Of a stretch of DNA of 32,906 nt, positions 1 through 9,362 are shown piece by piece. The notes below the pieces were generated by a model, which was given only the letters and a program-made list of their open reading frames with translations, was not told the origin of the DNA and made no database searches. The DNA is from Candidatus Methanoxibalbensis ujae (GTDB lineage Archaea; Halobacteriota; Syntropharchaeia; Alkanophagales; Methanospirareceae). Position 1 is the first letter of the stretch; every line of letters begins with the position of its first letter. The stretch is taken from the NCBI GenBank assembly GCA_026134085.1, contig JAOQIN010000019.1:1-32906 (forward strand). The letters are read 5' to 3'. The translations under genes and the position numbers were made by a program.

Positions 1-464
1 CAACAAATGCATTCAGAAGATAGTATGAATTCAGGAGAAAGAGATACGATTGGTTGAAGGTAAGTATCCCTCACAAAAGAGAACAATTTTTTATACTTTT
101 ATGTATGAAGAATGAGAGAAACAGAGATAACAAAGACAATCAAGTGCGAGCTCATTGACGAAGCGAAAGCTCCCAATCATACATCAACACTACTTAAACA
201 GAGGTGTTCTGCAACAGCAGGGAAATATCCCCCGGTCATAAGAGAAAAGACTTAACGAACATTTCTATTCACGGTGTCAGAGATGGAATAAGGCTGCCCT
301 GGCACATCAATACTCAGCTTTGAGGCGTGGGATGGTTCTGAACTCAGCAAAATGGTGAACCTGCATGTAGCGGTTGAGAAGAAATCCTGAGAACACACAC
401 ACCCTTCCAACTGTAAAATATATGCATATGCATGTATATACGATCAAAAAATTAATGGAACAGG

Positions 465-1943
465 GTGGGAATAATGCAGCATGATGCAGATGTGTGTGAT
501 GGAATTTCCGTGCTTCTGATGGAAAACGACCGGGATATGTGCGAGCAAATTGAAGCAGCATTGCGCGCCAGTGGTTACGATGTTCACGCATTCAGAGATG
601 CTGATGATGGATTGAAAGCGGCAAAAGCAAAATATTTCCCGATATGCATACTTGATCTCAACACAGGCGGTCTTAATGTGCTCAAGTCTCTGAAGCAAAT
701 GCATCCTGAGATGCATGTGATTGTGATATCTTCATCATGCTCAACAACAAAATATGATGTGATAAATGCGTTAAACTACGGTGCATTCATGTATCTTGAG
801 AATTTCAACTGTGAAGAAATCGTGGTAAATGTGAAAAAAGCAGCTTCTTTTTACAGGATGAAAAAGGAAAAGGAGGTAATTGCTGAGAGATACCGCTCGC
901 TTGTTGAATCAATGGATGCTTATGTCTATCTTATAGACAGGGATATGCGCTGTGTTTTTGCGAACAGGAAGATGCTGTCATTACCCGGTATGAAAAATAA
1001 CATAATAGGAATGAAGTTTTATGAGTTTTTTAACACTTATTCGGCTGAGGAGATGGAGAGGAATCTGCGTCATGTTTTCAAAACAGGCAATGCGTTGAGC
1101 TATGTGACGAGCAGTGACGAGTATGGAAGATGGTTCCTGCGCACATTGAGCCCTGTGAAGGATTCTGAAGGAAATGTGATCGCGGTGACAGTGATATCAA
1201 GAAACATCACAGCGTTCAAGGAGGTTGAGAAGGAGCTGCGAAGGAAGAATGAGGAGCTTGAGTGGTTTTCATACACGGTGTCTCATGATCTCCGCTCTCC
1301 GCTCGTAACCATTGAGGGCTTTGTGAGCCTGCTGCGAAAGGATCTGGAGAGAGGTGATCTCGCCCGTGTGTATGCTGATCTTGATATCATAGAGGAGGGT
1401 GTGCGAAAATTGAGTGCTTTTCTTGATGATCTGCTCACTCTGTCACGCATTGGAAGAGTTGCAAACCCCCATGAGCATGTGAATTTCGGCGAGATTGTTG
1501 AAGATGTGCTCAAATTGCTTGATGCCAAAATAAAAGAGCGGGGAGTAGATGTGATAGTCGCCGATGAATTTCCAGTTGTGCATGTTGACCGCGTAAGAAT
1601 TGAGGAAATGCTTCAAAATATAATTGAGAACAGCATAAAATACATGGGCGAACAGAAAAATCCGAGAATTGAGATAGGTTACACAGATGACGAACATGAA
1701 TATGTTTTCTTCGTCAGGGACAATGGTATCGGAATACCCGCGGATCAGGTGGATAAGGTATTTCAGATGTTCTACAGGCTTGAACGCAGGACAGAAGGAA
1801 CAGGTGCGGGACTCACCATCGCAAAAAAGATAATTGAAGTTCACAAAGGGCGCATATGGATAGAATCTGAGGGAGAAGGAAAAGGATGCACAGTGCTATT
1901 CACACTGCCAAAATATGATCAAAATAATGAAAAGAAAAATTAA
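465..1943 (+). CDS. Hybrid sensor histidine kinase (REC-PAS-HisKA-HATPase_c)
   Basis: N-terminal receiver (VLLMEND...ICILDL), PAS/PAC-like segment, H-box FSYTVSHDLRSPL, N-box NIIENSIKY, G1 DNGIG, G2 GTGAGL. Exact start codon uncertain. Confidence 0.9.
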   Translation: MGIMQHDADVCDGISVLLMENDRDMCEQIEAALRASGYDVHAFRDADDGLKAAKAKYFPICILDLNTGGLNVLKSLKQMHPEMHVIVISSSCSTTKYDVINALNYGAFMYLENFNCEEIVVNVKKAASFYRMKKEKEVIAERYRSLVESMDAYVYLIDRDMRCVFANRKMLSLPGMKNNIIGMKFYEFFNTYSAEEMERNLRHVFKTGNALSYVTSSDEYGRWFLRTLSPVKDSEGNVIAVTVISRNITAFKEVEKELRRKNEELEWFSYTVSHDLRSPLVTIEGFVSLLRKDLERGDLARVYADLDIIEEGVRKLSAFLDDLLTLSRIGRVANPHEHVNFGEIVEDVLKLLDAKIKERGVDVIVADEFPVVHVDRVRIEEMLQNIIENSIKYMGEQKNPRIEIGYTDDEHEYVFFVRDNGIGIPADQVDKVFQMFYRLERRTEGTGAGLTIAKKIIEVHKGRIWIESEGEGKGCTVLFTLPKYDQNNEKKN

Positions 1944-2009
1944 TATATGTTTTAATTTCGCTGAATCAACAGTTATTCTTAATTCTTATGTTAAAAAAGG
2001 ATTTATAAC

Positions 2010-2624
2010 ATGAATGATGATGCAGATAATGATGCAGCAGGAGATCTTTCCGATGATTATTCCGATGATTACGACGATAATGACGGCGACGATAATGACG
2101 GAAAGATAGAGAGGGAAAAAGATGTGGAAAGAAGGGAGGCCGGCAGGAGAGAAGAGAGCAGTGAGGAGCCTGTTGGAAGGGCTGCTGTTATATTGCTTGT
2201 TGAGGATGATGAGGCGCATGCGACGCATATAATGCGTGTGCTGGAGGAGGAGAGGGTTGCAAATCGCATATATTGGGTGAAAGACGGTGCTGAAGCGCTT
2301 GATTTTCTTTATCATCGCGGCAGATATGCTGAGGTGCCGAGACCCGATCTCGTGTTGCTTGACCTGAGATTGCCGCGTGTGAACGGTCATGAGGTGCTGC
2401 TTGAGATAAAGCGCTCTGAGGACCTGCGGGTGATCCCTGTCGTTGTCCTCACGACATCTGAGAGGGAGGCCGATATTATGAGCACATACATCTCATATGC
2501 GAACAGCTACATTGTGAAGCCGATTGACTTTGAGAAACTCAGACGCGTGATCGCACACATAAAATTCTGGTGGCTCATATGGAACAGACATCCGTGGCAG
2601 ATGGAAACAGAATCACTCAGATGA
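2010..2624 (+). CDS. Single-domain response regulator, Rcp1-like, with acidic low-complexity N-terminal extension
   Basis: ILLVEDD, PDLVLLDLRLP, IPVVVLTTS, ANSYIVKP and FWWL C-terminus typical of Rcp1-type receivers; first ~55 aa are D/E-rich. Confidence 0.88.
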   Translation: MNDDADNDAAGDLSDDYSDDYDDNDGDDNDGKIEREKDVERREAGRREESSEEPVGRAAVILLVEDDEAHATHIMRVLEEERVANRIYWVKDGAEALDFLYHRGRYAEVPRPDLVLLDLRLPRVNGHEVLLEIKRSEDLRVIPVVVLTTSEREADIMSTYISYANSYIVKPIDFEKLRRVIAHIKFWWLIWNRHPWQMETESLR

Positions 2625-2633
2625 CTCAGATGC

Positions 2634-3545
2634 TCAGATGATATACAGCAGCAAAGCAAATGCGATAACCGGTATCCATTCACCGTCCACGAGAACATCT
2701 ATTGACATTCCTATATCCTTTCTGCGACTGAAATGCAGTATATACCAGTATCCATATATTATGCTGAAAGCTAACACGGGTGTATATCCAAACATACCAT
2801 TTATAAAAACAAATAAAAACCATATAACGAGTGTAGAATTCAGCACAATAAGCAGAATTTCAGTTTTTCGCCTTCCTATTACAACAGGTATTGTCCTCAC
2901 GCCGCTTATTCTGTCGCCTTCTATGTCTCTCAAATCAAAAAGTAGCGAATTTATGAAGCTTTTCACGGAGAAAAAATATAAAAGCAGCATTGTCCTCATG
3001 TATGGAATTTCCTCCATCACAATCACCGGGAGCATTGATGAGCCCACACCCCATGAGAGCGCTATGATGATGTTCTTGACGCCTGTGATGTCTTTCAGGC
3101 GAGGCATCCCGGGAAATCGTATGCTGTATAGGACACCACAGAAAAGAGGGAAAAACAATATCATAACACACGAAAAACTGCGCAACAGCCCGAGAACAAT
3201 GGCAATAAAAAAAGAAATCACGACAGATGTAGTGAATATATTTTTCCTCTTCTCTATTATTTTAACCCTGTCAGGCGAATTGATCATGTCCTCCTTTATA
3301 TCAGTAAGCTTGTTCAGCGAATATATGCTGTATACAGCGAATGAAGATGCTATGATAATGTCAATTGCAAATATATTGTAGAGTAATTGAGCAAATAAGA
3401 CTTTCAATGCTCCATTTATTGAAAGGAAAATTGAAGAAGATATTAAAAATTTTAGGAAACTTTTTGAAAAAAAGTTTAAATGCTGTAGATAGTTTATGAG
3501 AATATTGAGCGCTCTCTCCTCTTTCACATTGAATGATGAGAACAT
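2634..3545 (-). CDS. UbiA-family prenyltransferase (membrane)
   Basis: Multiple hydrophobic helices; Asp-rich motifs NKLTDIKED..NSPDR and FDLRDIEGD..GVRTIP; YS...RLK motif. Confidence 0.85.
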   Translation of the reverse strand: MFSSFNVKEERALNILINYLQHLNFFSKSFLKFLISSSIFLSINGALKVLFAQLLYNIFAIDIIIASSFAVYSIYSLNKLTDIKEDMINSPDRVKIIEKRKNIFTTSVVISFFIAIVLGLLRSFSCVMILFFPLFCGVLYSIRFPGMPRLKDITGVKNIIIALSWGVGSSMLPVIVMEEIPYMRTMLLLYFFSVKSFINSLLFDLRDIEGDRISGVRTIPVVIGRRKTEILLIVLNSTLVIWFLFVFINGMFGYTPVLAFSIIYGYWYILHFSRRKDIGMSIDVLVDGEWIPVIAFALLLYII

Positions 3546-3573
3546 GACAGTGAGCGCCGCTGATTCACACTAA

Positions 3574-3603
3574 CTATCGCTATCGCTATCACTATCGCTA
3601 TCA
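3574..3603. repeat. 6-bp tandem repeat (CTATCR)x5
   Basis: ctatcg ctatcg ctatca ctatcg ctatca, read directly upstream of the UbiA gene. Confidence 0.85.
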
Positions 3604-3631
3604 CCATCATTTTATCGGCACCCGTCTCCCG

Positions 3632-4510
3632 TCAGCACTCGGTCACATATCTCTTTGCTCTCTCTTTATAGTGATTAAAGAGCAACACTCCCCACTGTAT
3701 TGCCTTCTGATCAACACTTATCAGGTCACTTGTCGTGTCATATACTCCTTCTTTTGTGAATAGACCGAGTGATAGAAATGTATCAGCAACAGTGAACGCA
3801 ACTTTCACATCGTGTATGACATAAAGTTCTATGCAGCACGATTTAATTGCGCTTTTGAGCTCCTCTTTTCTGATATATCTCAACACTTTTTCCATCACTT
3901 CTCTCGTCAGCACAAGCTGTATTGGTGCTCCACGCGACAGGAGCTCCTTGAATATTGATGGATAGTCAGGAGCAAATATGGGAGATACTCCCTTCACCCA
4001 CTTAGCCTGCTGCAGATACTTCACATATATTTTGTGGGTTTTCAGTATGTCAAGAGCGTCCAGTCTCACAACTTCAGATTTTTTGAGCCATCCTATTTTC
4101 TCAAGCAGGTTCTCAGGTATGCCGCTCAGATCATGCTCAGCCCAGAAACGCTCATGTTTCTTGAGCACATCCGTCGCATCAATAAATTCCTCTATCCTTC
4201 TCGCGAGTATCTCGCCTGTTTTTGTGAGGGCATACATGCGACGCGAATTCTTGTATATGATTCTCGCCTGCTCAAGCTCTCTTATGGCATGAAGAACTGT
4301 GGTTGAGCTTGTGTTGAGCGCTTCTCTCAACTCACGAAGCGATTTTTTTCCATCAATCAGATTCAAAAGGACTCCCCGCCTTATGTCAGAACACCCCGTC
4401 ACTTTCAACAGATCGTCCCCCGTCGCTTCAACATATCTTGCACACATCGCGTTGAATATCATATACCTCCCAACACACATATTTATAGCTTCATCATCCA
4501 TTTTAATCAT
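3632..4510 (-). CDS. Winged-HTH transcriptional regulator with DUF1724/FilR1-like C-terminal domain (copy 1)
   Basis: N-terminal wHTH (SLRELREALNTSSTTVLHAIRELE...YALTKTG), FWAEHDLSGIP motif, C-terminal LSLGLF..GVYD..DLIS...AIQWG..LF typical of methanogen DUF1724 regulators. Start uncertain. Confidence 0.8.
   Translation of the reverse strand: MIKMDDEAINMCVGRYMIFNAMCARYVEATGDDLLKVTGCSDIRRGVLLNLIDGKKSLRELREALNTSSTTVLHAIRELEQARIIYKNSRRMYALTKTGEILARRIEEFIDATDVLKKHERFWAEHDLSGIPENLLEKIGWLKKSEVVRLDALDILKTHKIYVKYLQQAKWVKGVSPIFAPDYPSIFKELLSRGAPIQLVLTREVMEKVLRYIRKEELKSAIKSCCIELYVIHDVKVAFTVADTFLSLGLFTKEGVYDTTSDLISVDQKAIQWGVLLFNHYKERAKRYVTEC
4046..4381. repeat. 336-bp exact direct repeat, copy A (copy B at 5125..5460)
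   Basis: Base-by-base comparison by eye found no differences; offset 1079 bp. Confidence 0.92.
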
Positions 4511-4710
4511 ATATTAAACTATTTTATAATTCCTGCTTTTATAGATTATCATTGTTAATATTGTCAAAATAGAGCAAAATTTCAGGAATAAATTCTTTTT
4601 ACAATATTTTTCAAATTTGAAGGGAAAAAGGAAATGAGGATGCAACAGATATATTATCGTTCTCGCATCAATCGCACGGCTGCTCATGCATTATACAGAC
4701 TCACTTGAAT

Positions 4711-5604
4711 TCACGCATCTGCGAGCGGCTTGTATTTTCGTGCATTGCGCATGTAATATGAGAAAAGCAGCAGTGCCCATTTTATCGCCTTCTGATCTGT
4801 GCTGATGAGCTCGCTTGTTGAGTCAAAGACGCCCTCTGTCAGGAACAATCCGAGTGACAGATATGAGTCCGTGACGACAAAGGGCGCTTTTATATGTTCT
4901 TCCGTTATGTATATATCCACGTTATAATTCCTCAACACATTCTTCAAATTATCTTCGCCCATGAGATTCTCCAATTTCCGCAGCACCTCGCGCGTTAATA
5001 TGAGCTGAACAGGAACTCGCACTGCTGGTCTGAGAAAGACATTGGGATAATCATATGAGAACACGGATGTTGCACCTTTAACCCATTCTGCATGCTCCAG
5101 CACATTGTAAAATGTTCTTCGTGATATGTCAAGAGCGTCCAGTCTCACAACTTCAGATTTTTTGAGCCATCCTATTTTCTCAAGCAGGTTCTCAGGTATG
5201 CCGCTCAGATCATGCTCAGCCCAGAAACGCTCATGTTTCTTGAGCACATCCGTCGCATCAATAAATTCCTCTATCCTTCTCGCGAGTATCTCGCCTGTTT
5301 TTGTGAGGGCATACATGCGACGCGAATTCTTGTATATGATTCTCGCCTGCTCAAGCTCTCTTATGGCATGAAGAACTGTGGTTGAGCTTGTGTTGAGCGC
5401 TTCTCTCAACTCACGAAGCGATTTTTTTCCATCAATCAGATTCAAAAGGACTCCCCGCCTGAGGTCCGAACATGCAGTCAGTTTCAGAATCTGTTTGACA
5501 ACATCACGTGCCCCCTGCCTCCAGCCTCTCCTTATGCCATGCATGGTGTCGCCTCTATATTGTTGTTCGCATATCTTTATGCCTGCCTTATGAACTTTTA
5601 TCAT
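4711..5604 (-). CDS. Winged-HTH transcriptional regulator with DUF1724/FilR1-like domain (copy 2)
   Basis: Same architecture as 3632..4510; identical N-terminal 112 aa, divergent C-terminal half. Start uncertain. Confidence 0.8.
   Translation of the reverse strand: MIKVHKAGIKICEQQYRGDTMHGIRRGWRQGARDVVKQILKLTACSDLRRGVLLNLIDGKKSLRELREALNTSSTTVLHAIRELEQARIIYKNSRRMYALTKTGEILARRIEEFIDATDVLKKHERFWAEHDLSGIPENLLEKIGWLKKSEVVRLDALDISRRTFYNVLEHAEWVKGATSVFSYDYPNVFLRPAVRVPVQLILTREVLRKLENLMGEDNLKNVLRNYNVDIYITEEHIKAPFVVTDSYLSLGLFLTEGVFDSTSELISTDQKAIKWALLLFSYYMRNARKYKPLADA
5125..5460. repeat. 336-bp exact direct repeat, copy B
   Basis: Identical to 4046..4381. Confidence 0.92.
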
Positions 5605-5683
5605 GATGTGTCCCGAGTTTCTGTCATTTGAAGAAATAGATGATTGAATGAAATATTGCTCGGATAAAGCAATTTTGCTTTAA

Positions 5684-7009
5684 ATGATAAAAAAGTATAT
5701 ATATGTGATATCTGAAGAAATTGAAATAATGAGGGAAAATACAGATAAAGGAGAGCCAGAGTGCTCGGGCTGCGGTGATTGGATGGGAGAGTGGATGGGA
5801 GATGGGGCAGGTGTCGCCGCTGAGGCTGTGGTGACAGCGGCGAGCTCAGACAGACGAACGATATTGCTTGTTGAAGACAATGATGCACATGCAGCGCTTA
5901 TATGCAGGATATTTGAGGAAAATTCCTGCGGTGTTGCATGGCAGGTCAACCGTGTGAGCTGTATAAAAGAGGCGTTAAAGTGGATCGAGACGAATGGTAA
6001 GCCATCACTGATAATTGCCGATTATCTGCTTCCCGATGGAAATGGTATTGACCTCGTGAAATGTGGGAGTCGGGATGATGGTATCCATGATGGTATCCCT
6101 CTCATAATAATAACTGCATACGGCTCTGAGCGTCTTGCTGTCCATTCCCTCAAGTCAGGCGCCATGGATTATGTGGCCAAGAGGATTGAAGATCTCAAAA
6201 CACTGCCATGGACCGCTGAGAGGGTGCTGCGGGAGTGGCAGAACATTGTTGAAAGGAAAAAAGCTGAGGAAGAGCTGCGTAAAAAGAACAGAGAGCTCGA
6301 AAATTTCAATCGTGAGCTTGAGGAGATTCTTCACATAATCTCACATGACCTGAAATCTCCACTTTTCTCAATACGCTCTCTCGTCCACATCATCATTGAG
6401 GACAGTGATAAGAAAGAAATGGTGAAATATCTGAAGTTAATTGAGAAAAACACCGAAAATATGTGGAATCTTGTAGATATGCTCATCAAAATAGGCAAAG
6501 TTGGCTTCATGAAGGTGGAATACGAAGATGTGTGTTTGAAAGAGATAATAGAGGAGATAAAAGATAGAATAAAGGGGCTTTTGATAAGAAAGAATGCTGA
6601 GATTTTTTTGAATTCTGATGTCTTATCGCTCAAGACGAGCAGGCTGTTCCTCCGTGAAATACTTGCAAATCTTATTGTCAATGGCATCATATACAATAAA
6701 AATGCGAGACCGTTTGTGGAGGTGAGATGCGAGGAGCGTGCTGAAGATTATCTGTTCTGTGTGCGCGATAACGGAGTCGGAATACCGCCAGAAGTTCTGC
6801 CGGAGATATTTGAGTTCTCATATCTGCTCAAAAGGAAGCATGAGCATGGAGGCTTCTCATCGGAGCATGATGTGTATGTGAGCAGTGGCGCTGGACTGCC
6901 TCAGTGCAGGAAGATGGTTCGCCGGCTCGGCGGTGAGATATGGGTGAAAAGCACTCCGGGAAACGGCAGCACATTCTTCTTCACACTGCCAAAAAATGAA
7001 TGCAGATGA
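5684..7009 (+). CDS. Hybrid histidine kinase (REC-HisKA-HATPase_c)
   Basis: ILLVEDNDAH, IIADYLLPDG, IIITAYG, GAMDYVAK receiver; ISHDLKSPL H-box; NLIVNG, DNGVG, GAGL, GSTFFFTLP. Start uncertain. Confidence 0.9.
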   Translation: MIKKYIYVISEEIEIMRENTDKGEPECSGCGDWMGEWMGDGAGVAAEAVVTAASSDRRTILLVEDNDAHAALICRIFEENSCGVAWQVNRVSCIKEALKWIETNGKPSLIIADYLLPDGNGIDLVKCGSRDDGIHDGIPLIIITAYGSERLAVHSLKSGAMDYVAKRIEDLKTLPWTAERVLREWQNIVERKKAEEELRKKNRELENFNRELEEILHIISHDLKSPLFSIRSLVHIIIEDSDKKEMVKYLKLIEKNTENMWNLVDMLIKIGKVGFMKVEYEDVCLKEIIEEIKDRIKGLLIRKNAEIFLNSDVLSLKTSRLFLREILANLIVNGIIYNKNARPFVEVRCEERAEDYLFCVRDNGVGIPPEVLPEIFEFSYLLKRKHEHGGFSSEHDVYVSSGAGLPQCRKMVRRLGGEIWVKSTPGNGSTFFFTLPKNECR

Positions 7010-7145
7010 GCAAATTGATATTAAAGTGATATTAAAAATGATGAGAAGAACAGAAAAATAAGAGAAAATTGATAAAAATGACTTAAAATGGCATTATCAA
7101 TTGAAAACATCAAAACCGATATGGGGGATGAGATAGAGATATATC

Positions 7146-9032
7146 ATGATCAGAGGCGTCAGTCGGGACAGATCTGAGGTCGCAGTGAGGAAAGCGTTTG
7201 ATGAGGATAATGGGAATAGCGGGTGTTTGATGAGCATGATGAGGGTGGAGCGATATGCTGTTGTCGAGCATTATGCGTATGTTGAGATAGAGAGAGTGGC
7301 GCCTCCGATATATCATGTGGTTGAGGCTGAGCTTTCTGATGATGAAAAGCGTGTGGTAAGCGATATAATGTGGATCATTGAGAAGCAGTCATGCAGTGAG
7401 AAGCGTGCGAAAAATAGACGAGCGATGAAAAAAGGCGGTGCGAGCTGTGATTTTATAAAAAAAATAAAAATGGAGGGATATGACAGGCGGCGAAGAGGAA
7501 AAATAGAGTATTTTGTTATGAGGAACATGAGATATGGAGACCTTGATGTGCTTTTTCGTGATGAAAATGTTGAGGACATATATGGAGTGTTGGGAGAGCC
7601 TGTCTTCGTGTTTCATCGTGAATATGGATGTATACGGACGAACTTGAACTTTGATTCTGAAAAATTGGCTCTTCTGCTTGTCAGGGCGTGTTGCCATCGT
7701 GCGCCTGCCATCTCCGAGAGGTTCATGAGAGAGTTCGTGAACGCGGTGGAAATGCCACATGCGGAGAATCGCGTGAATGGGAGAACAGCGACGGACAGGG
7801 CTGCAGAGAGGGAGAGGACGGAGGCGAATCGTGATGTTGATAAAGATGTTGATGAGGCGGATGAGCGAAAGAAAAGCAATGGGGAAAAATGTGAAAGCGG
7901 GGAGGACTCATCATTGAGCATGCTGTTTGACATGCGATCATCAGGCTCAGCGATGAGCGGCTGGTGCCGTGATGAAGTGGATGATGAAGTGGATGATGAG
8001 ACGCGTGCGACGATCATGAGATTAATAGATTCCTGCAGAAGAGGGAAAGCAGCGTGGATGTCTCTGCCGGATGGCGGGCGTATGCTCCTGTCATCTGCGG
8101 GTGGAAAAGTGTGTGTTGCGATAAGGAAGCATCATGATATAACCCTGATAGACCTGTTGAATGGTGTTTTATCGCTTGAAATGCTTGCATATCTCTGGAT
8201 GGCAGTTCAACATCGCTTCAACATAATCATAATAGGCGAGCCTGCATCAGGAAAGACGAGCATGCTCCGTGCGCTTTCAATGTTCATACCGCCGAATCGC
8301 AGGATAATATCAGTTGAAGATGTGAGAGAACTTGATTTCAACCGTAAAAACTGCATATCATTCATCACAACTTTGAACGGACATGGGCTCCGTGCGCAGA
8401 TGAAGGCGCTGGATACTGAGATACTGAATGCGGCGATGAAGCAGCGCCCTGATTATGTGGTGATTGGCGAGATAAACAGCGAGAGTTCCGCGAGACTTTT
8501 CTTTCATTCGGTATCAAGCGGCGTCCCCACACTTTCAACGATGAACGCATCCCGTCCAGAAGCGATTGCTGAGCGATTATCAGATTTTGGAATTCCGATT
8601 GATATGCTGAGGCATATTGATGTGGTGCCCGTCCTGAATATTGTGAGCGTTTCCAAGAGGAGCGCGGAGCGTGGAGCAGCACACGCAGCTGGGAGGATGG
8701 GGGAAACTGAAAAGCGAATGAGAAGAAAGTGCGTGCAGATTGTTGAAGTTGTTGATGTTGATTATGACGTAGGAAACATAGAGGCAAACGAGCTTTTCCT
8801 ATGGAAACCATCAGATGAGTTCGCATTCAAAGGTGAATCAAAGGTGTTTGTTGAAATAATGAACAGATTTGAAATGAATGAGGAAGAACTGGCGGAGGAT
8901 TTTGCGCGCAGAACAGATATACTGGATGCTTTGCGCAGGAAAAATGTGAGAGATCATGATTATATAGGCAGAATTATGTATGAATATGAGATAAATCCTG
9001 AAGAGACTGCGAGAAAAGTGTTGAAGCTGTGA
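7146..9032 (+). CDS. Type II/IV secretion system ATPase (FlaI/PilB/CpaF-VirB11 family), divergent
   Basis: Walker A GEPASGKT, Asp box ISVEDVRE, Walker B RPDYVVIGE, N-terminal YHVVEAELS and D..VEDI motifs; low-complexity insertion ~7740..8030. Confidence 0.82.
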   Translation: MIRGVSRDRSEVAVRKAFDEDNGNSGCLMSMMRVERYAVVEHYAYVEIERVAPPIYHVVEAELSDDEKRVVSDIMWIIEKQSCSEKRAKNRRAMKKGGASCDFIKKIKMEGYDRRRRGKIEYFVMRNMRYGDLDVLFRDENVEDIYGVLGEPVFVFHREYGCIRTNLNFDSEKLALLLVRACCHRAPAISERFMREFVNAVEMPHAENRVNGRTATDRAAERERTEANRDVDKDVDEADERKKSNGEKCESGEDSSLSMLFDMRSSGSAMSGWCRDEVDDEVDDETRATIMRLIDSCRRGKAAWMSLPDGGRMLLSSAGGKVCVAIRKHHDITLIDLLNGVLSLEMLAYLWMAVQHRFNIIIIGEPASGKTSMLRALSMFIPPNRRIISVEDVRELDFNRKNCISFITTLNGHGLRAQMKALDTEILNAAMKQRPDYVVIGEINSESSARLFFHSVSSGVPTLSTMNASRPEAIAERLSDFGIPIDMLRHIDVVPVLNIVSVSKRSAERGAAHAAGRMGETEKRMRRKCVQIVEVVDVDYDVGNIEANELFLWKPSDEFAFKGESKVFVEIMNRFEMNEEELAEDFARRTDILDALRRKNVRDHDYIGRIMYEYEINPEETARKVLKL

Positions 9033-9046
9033 ATGTCTGGATCTTT

Positions 9047-9084
9047 ATAATGGAGATAATGGATAATGGATAATGGAGATAATG
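9047..9084. repeat. Imperfect (ATAATGG)n tandem repeat
   Basis: About five ataatg(g) units just after the ATPase stop. Confidence 0.75.
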
Positions 9085-9217
9085 AGTGATCAGATACGCT
9101 GCTGACAATGCTTTGAGTGTGAACGAAGACAACAATGCGCGCGGGAGACAAGAGAACAGAGAGAAGGAGAAGAGAGAGAAGGGTGCGAGAAGGTGAAGTT
9201 ATGGGCCGGATCGGGGC

Positions 9218-9234
9218 GGGAAATGTATTTAAAT
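9218..9234 (+). promoter_or_regulatory. Putative BRE/TATA promoter for tRNA-Lys and the rpo operon
   Basis: gggaaa-tg-tatttaaat about 50 nt upstream of the tRNA, in otherwise purine/G-rich sequence. Confidence 0.55.
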
Positions 9235-9283
9235 TGTGAGCGTTTAGAGAAGGGGTAAGGAGCGCGGGGATAAGGAGGAAAAA

Positions 9284-9357
9284 GGGCTCGTAGCTCAGAC
9301 AGGTAGAGCAACGGGCTTTTAACCCGTTGGTCGCGGGTTCAAATCCCGTCGAGCCCG
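9284..9357 (+). tRNA. tRNA-Lys (anticodon UUU)
   Basis: Acceptor stem GGGCTCG/CGAGCCC, D-arm TAGCTCAG..GGTAGAGC, anticodon stem ACGGG-CTTTTAA-CCCGT (TTT at 9318..9320), T-loop GGTTCAAATCCC; no encoded CCA, no intron. Confidence 0.95.
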
Positions 9358-9362
9358 CTTCA

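Noticed and set aside
1..464. Coding remnants upstream of the first kinase
   Set aside because: Only short frames with no recognisable motif; cannot be supported.
3632..5604. Diversity-generating retroelement TR/VR pair
   Set aside because: The repeat copies are identical with no adenine-specific mismatches, lie in the N-terminal half, and no reverse transcriptase is present.
9327..9362. N-terminal extension of RpoH from the ORF track
   Set aside because: It overlaps the tRNA-Lys 3' half; ATG 9363 gives a normal-length Rpo5.
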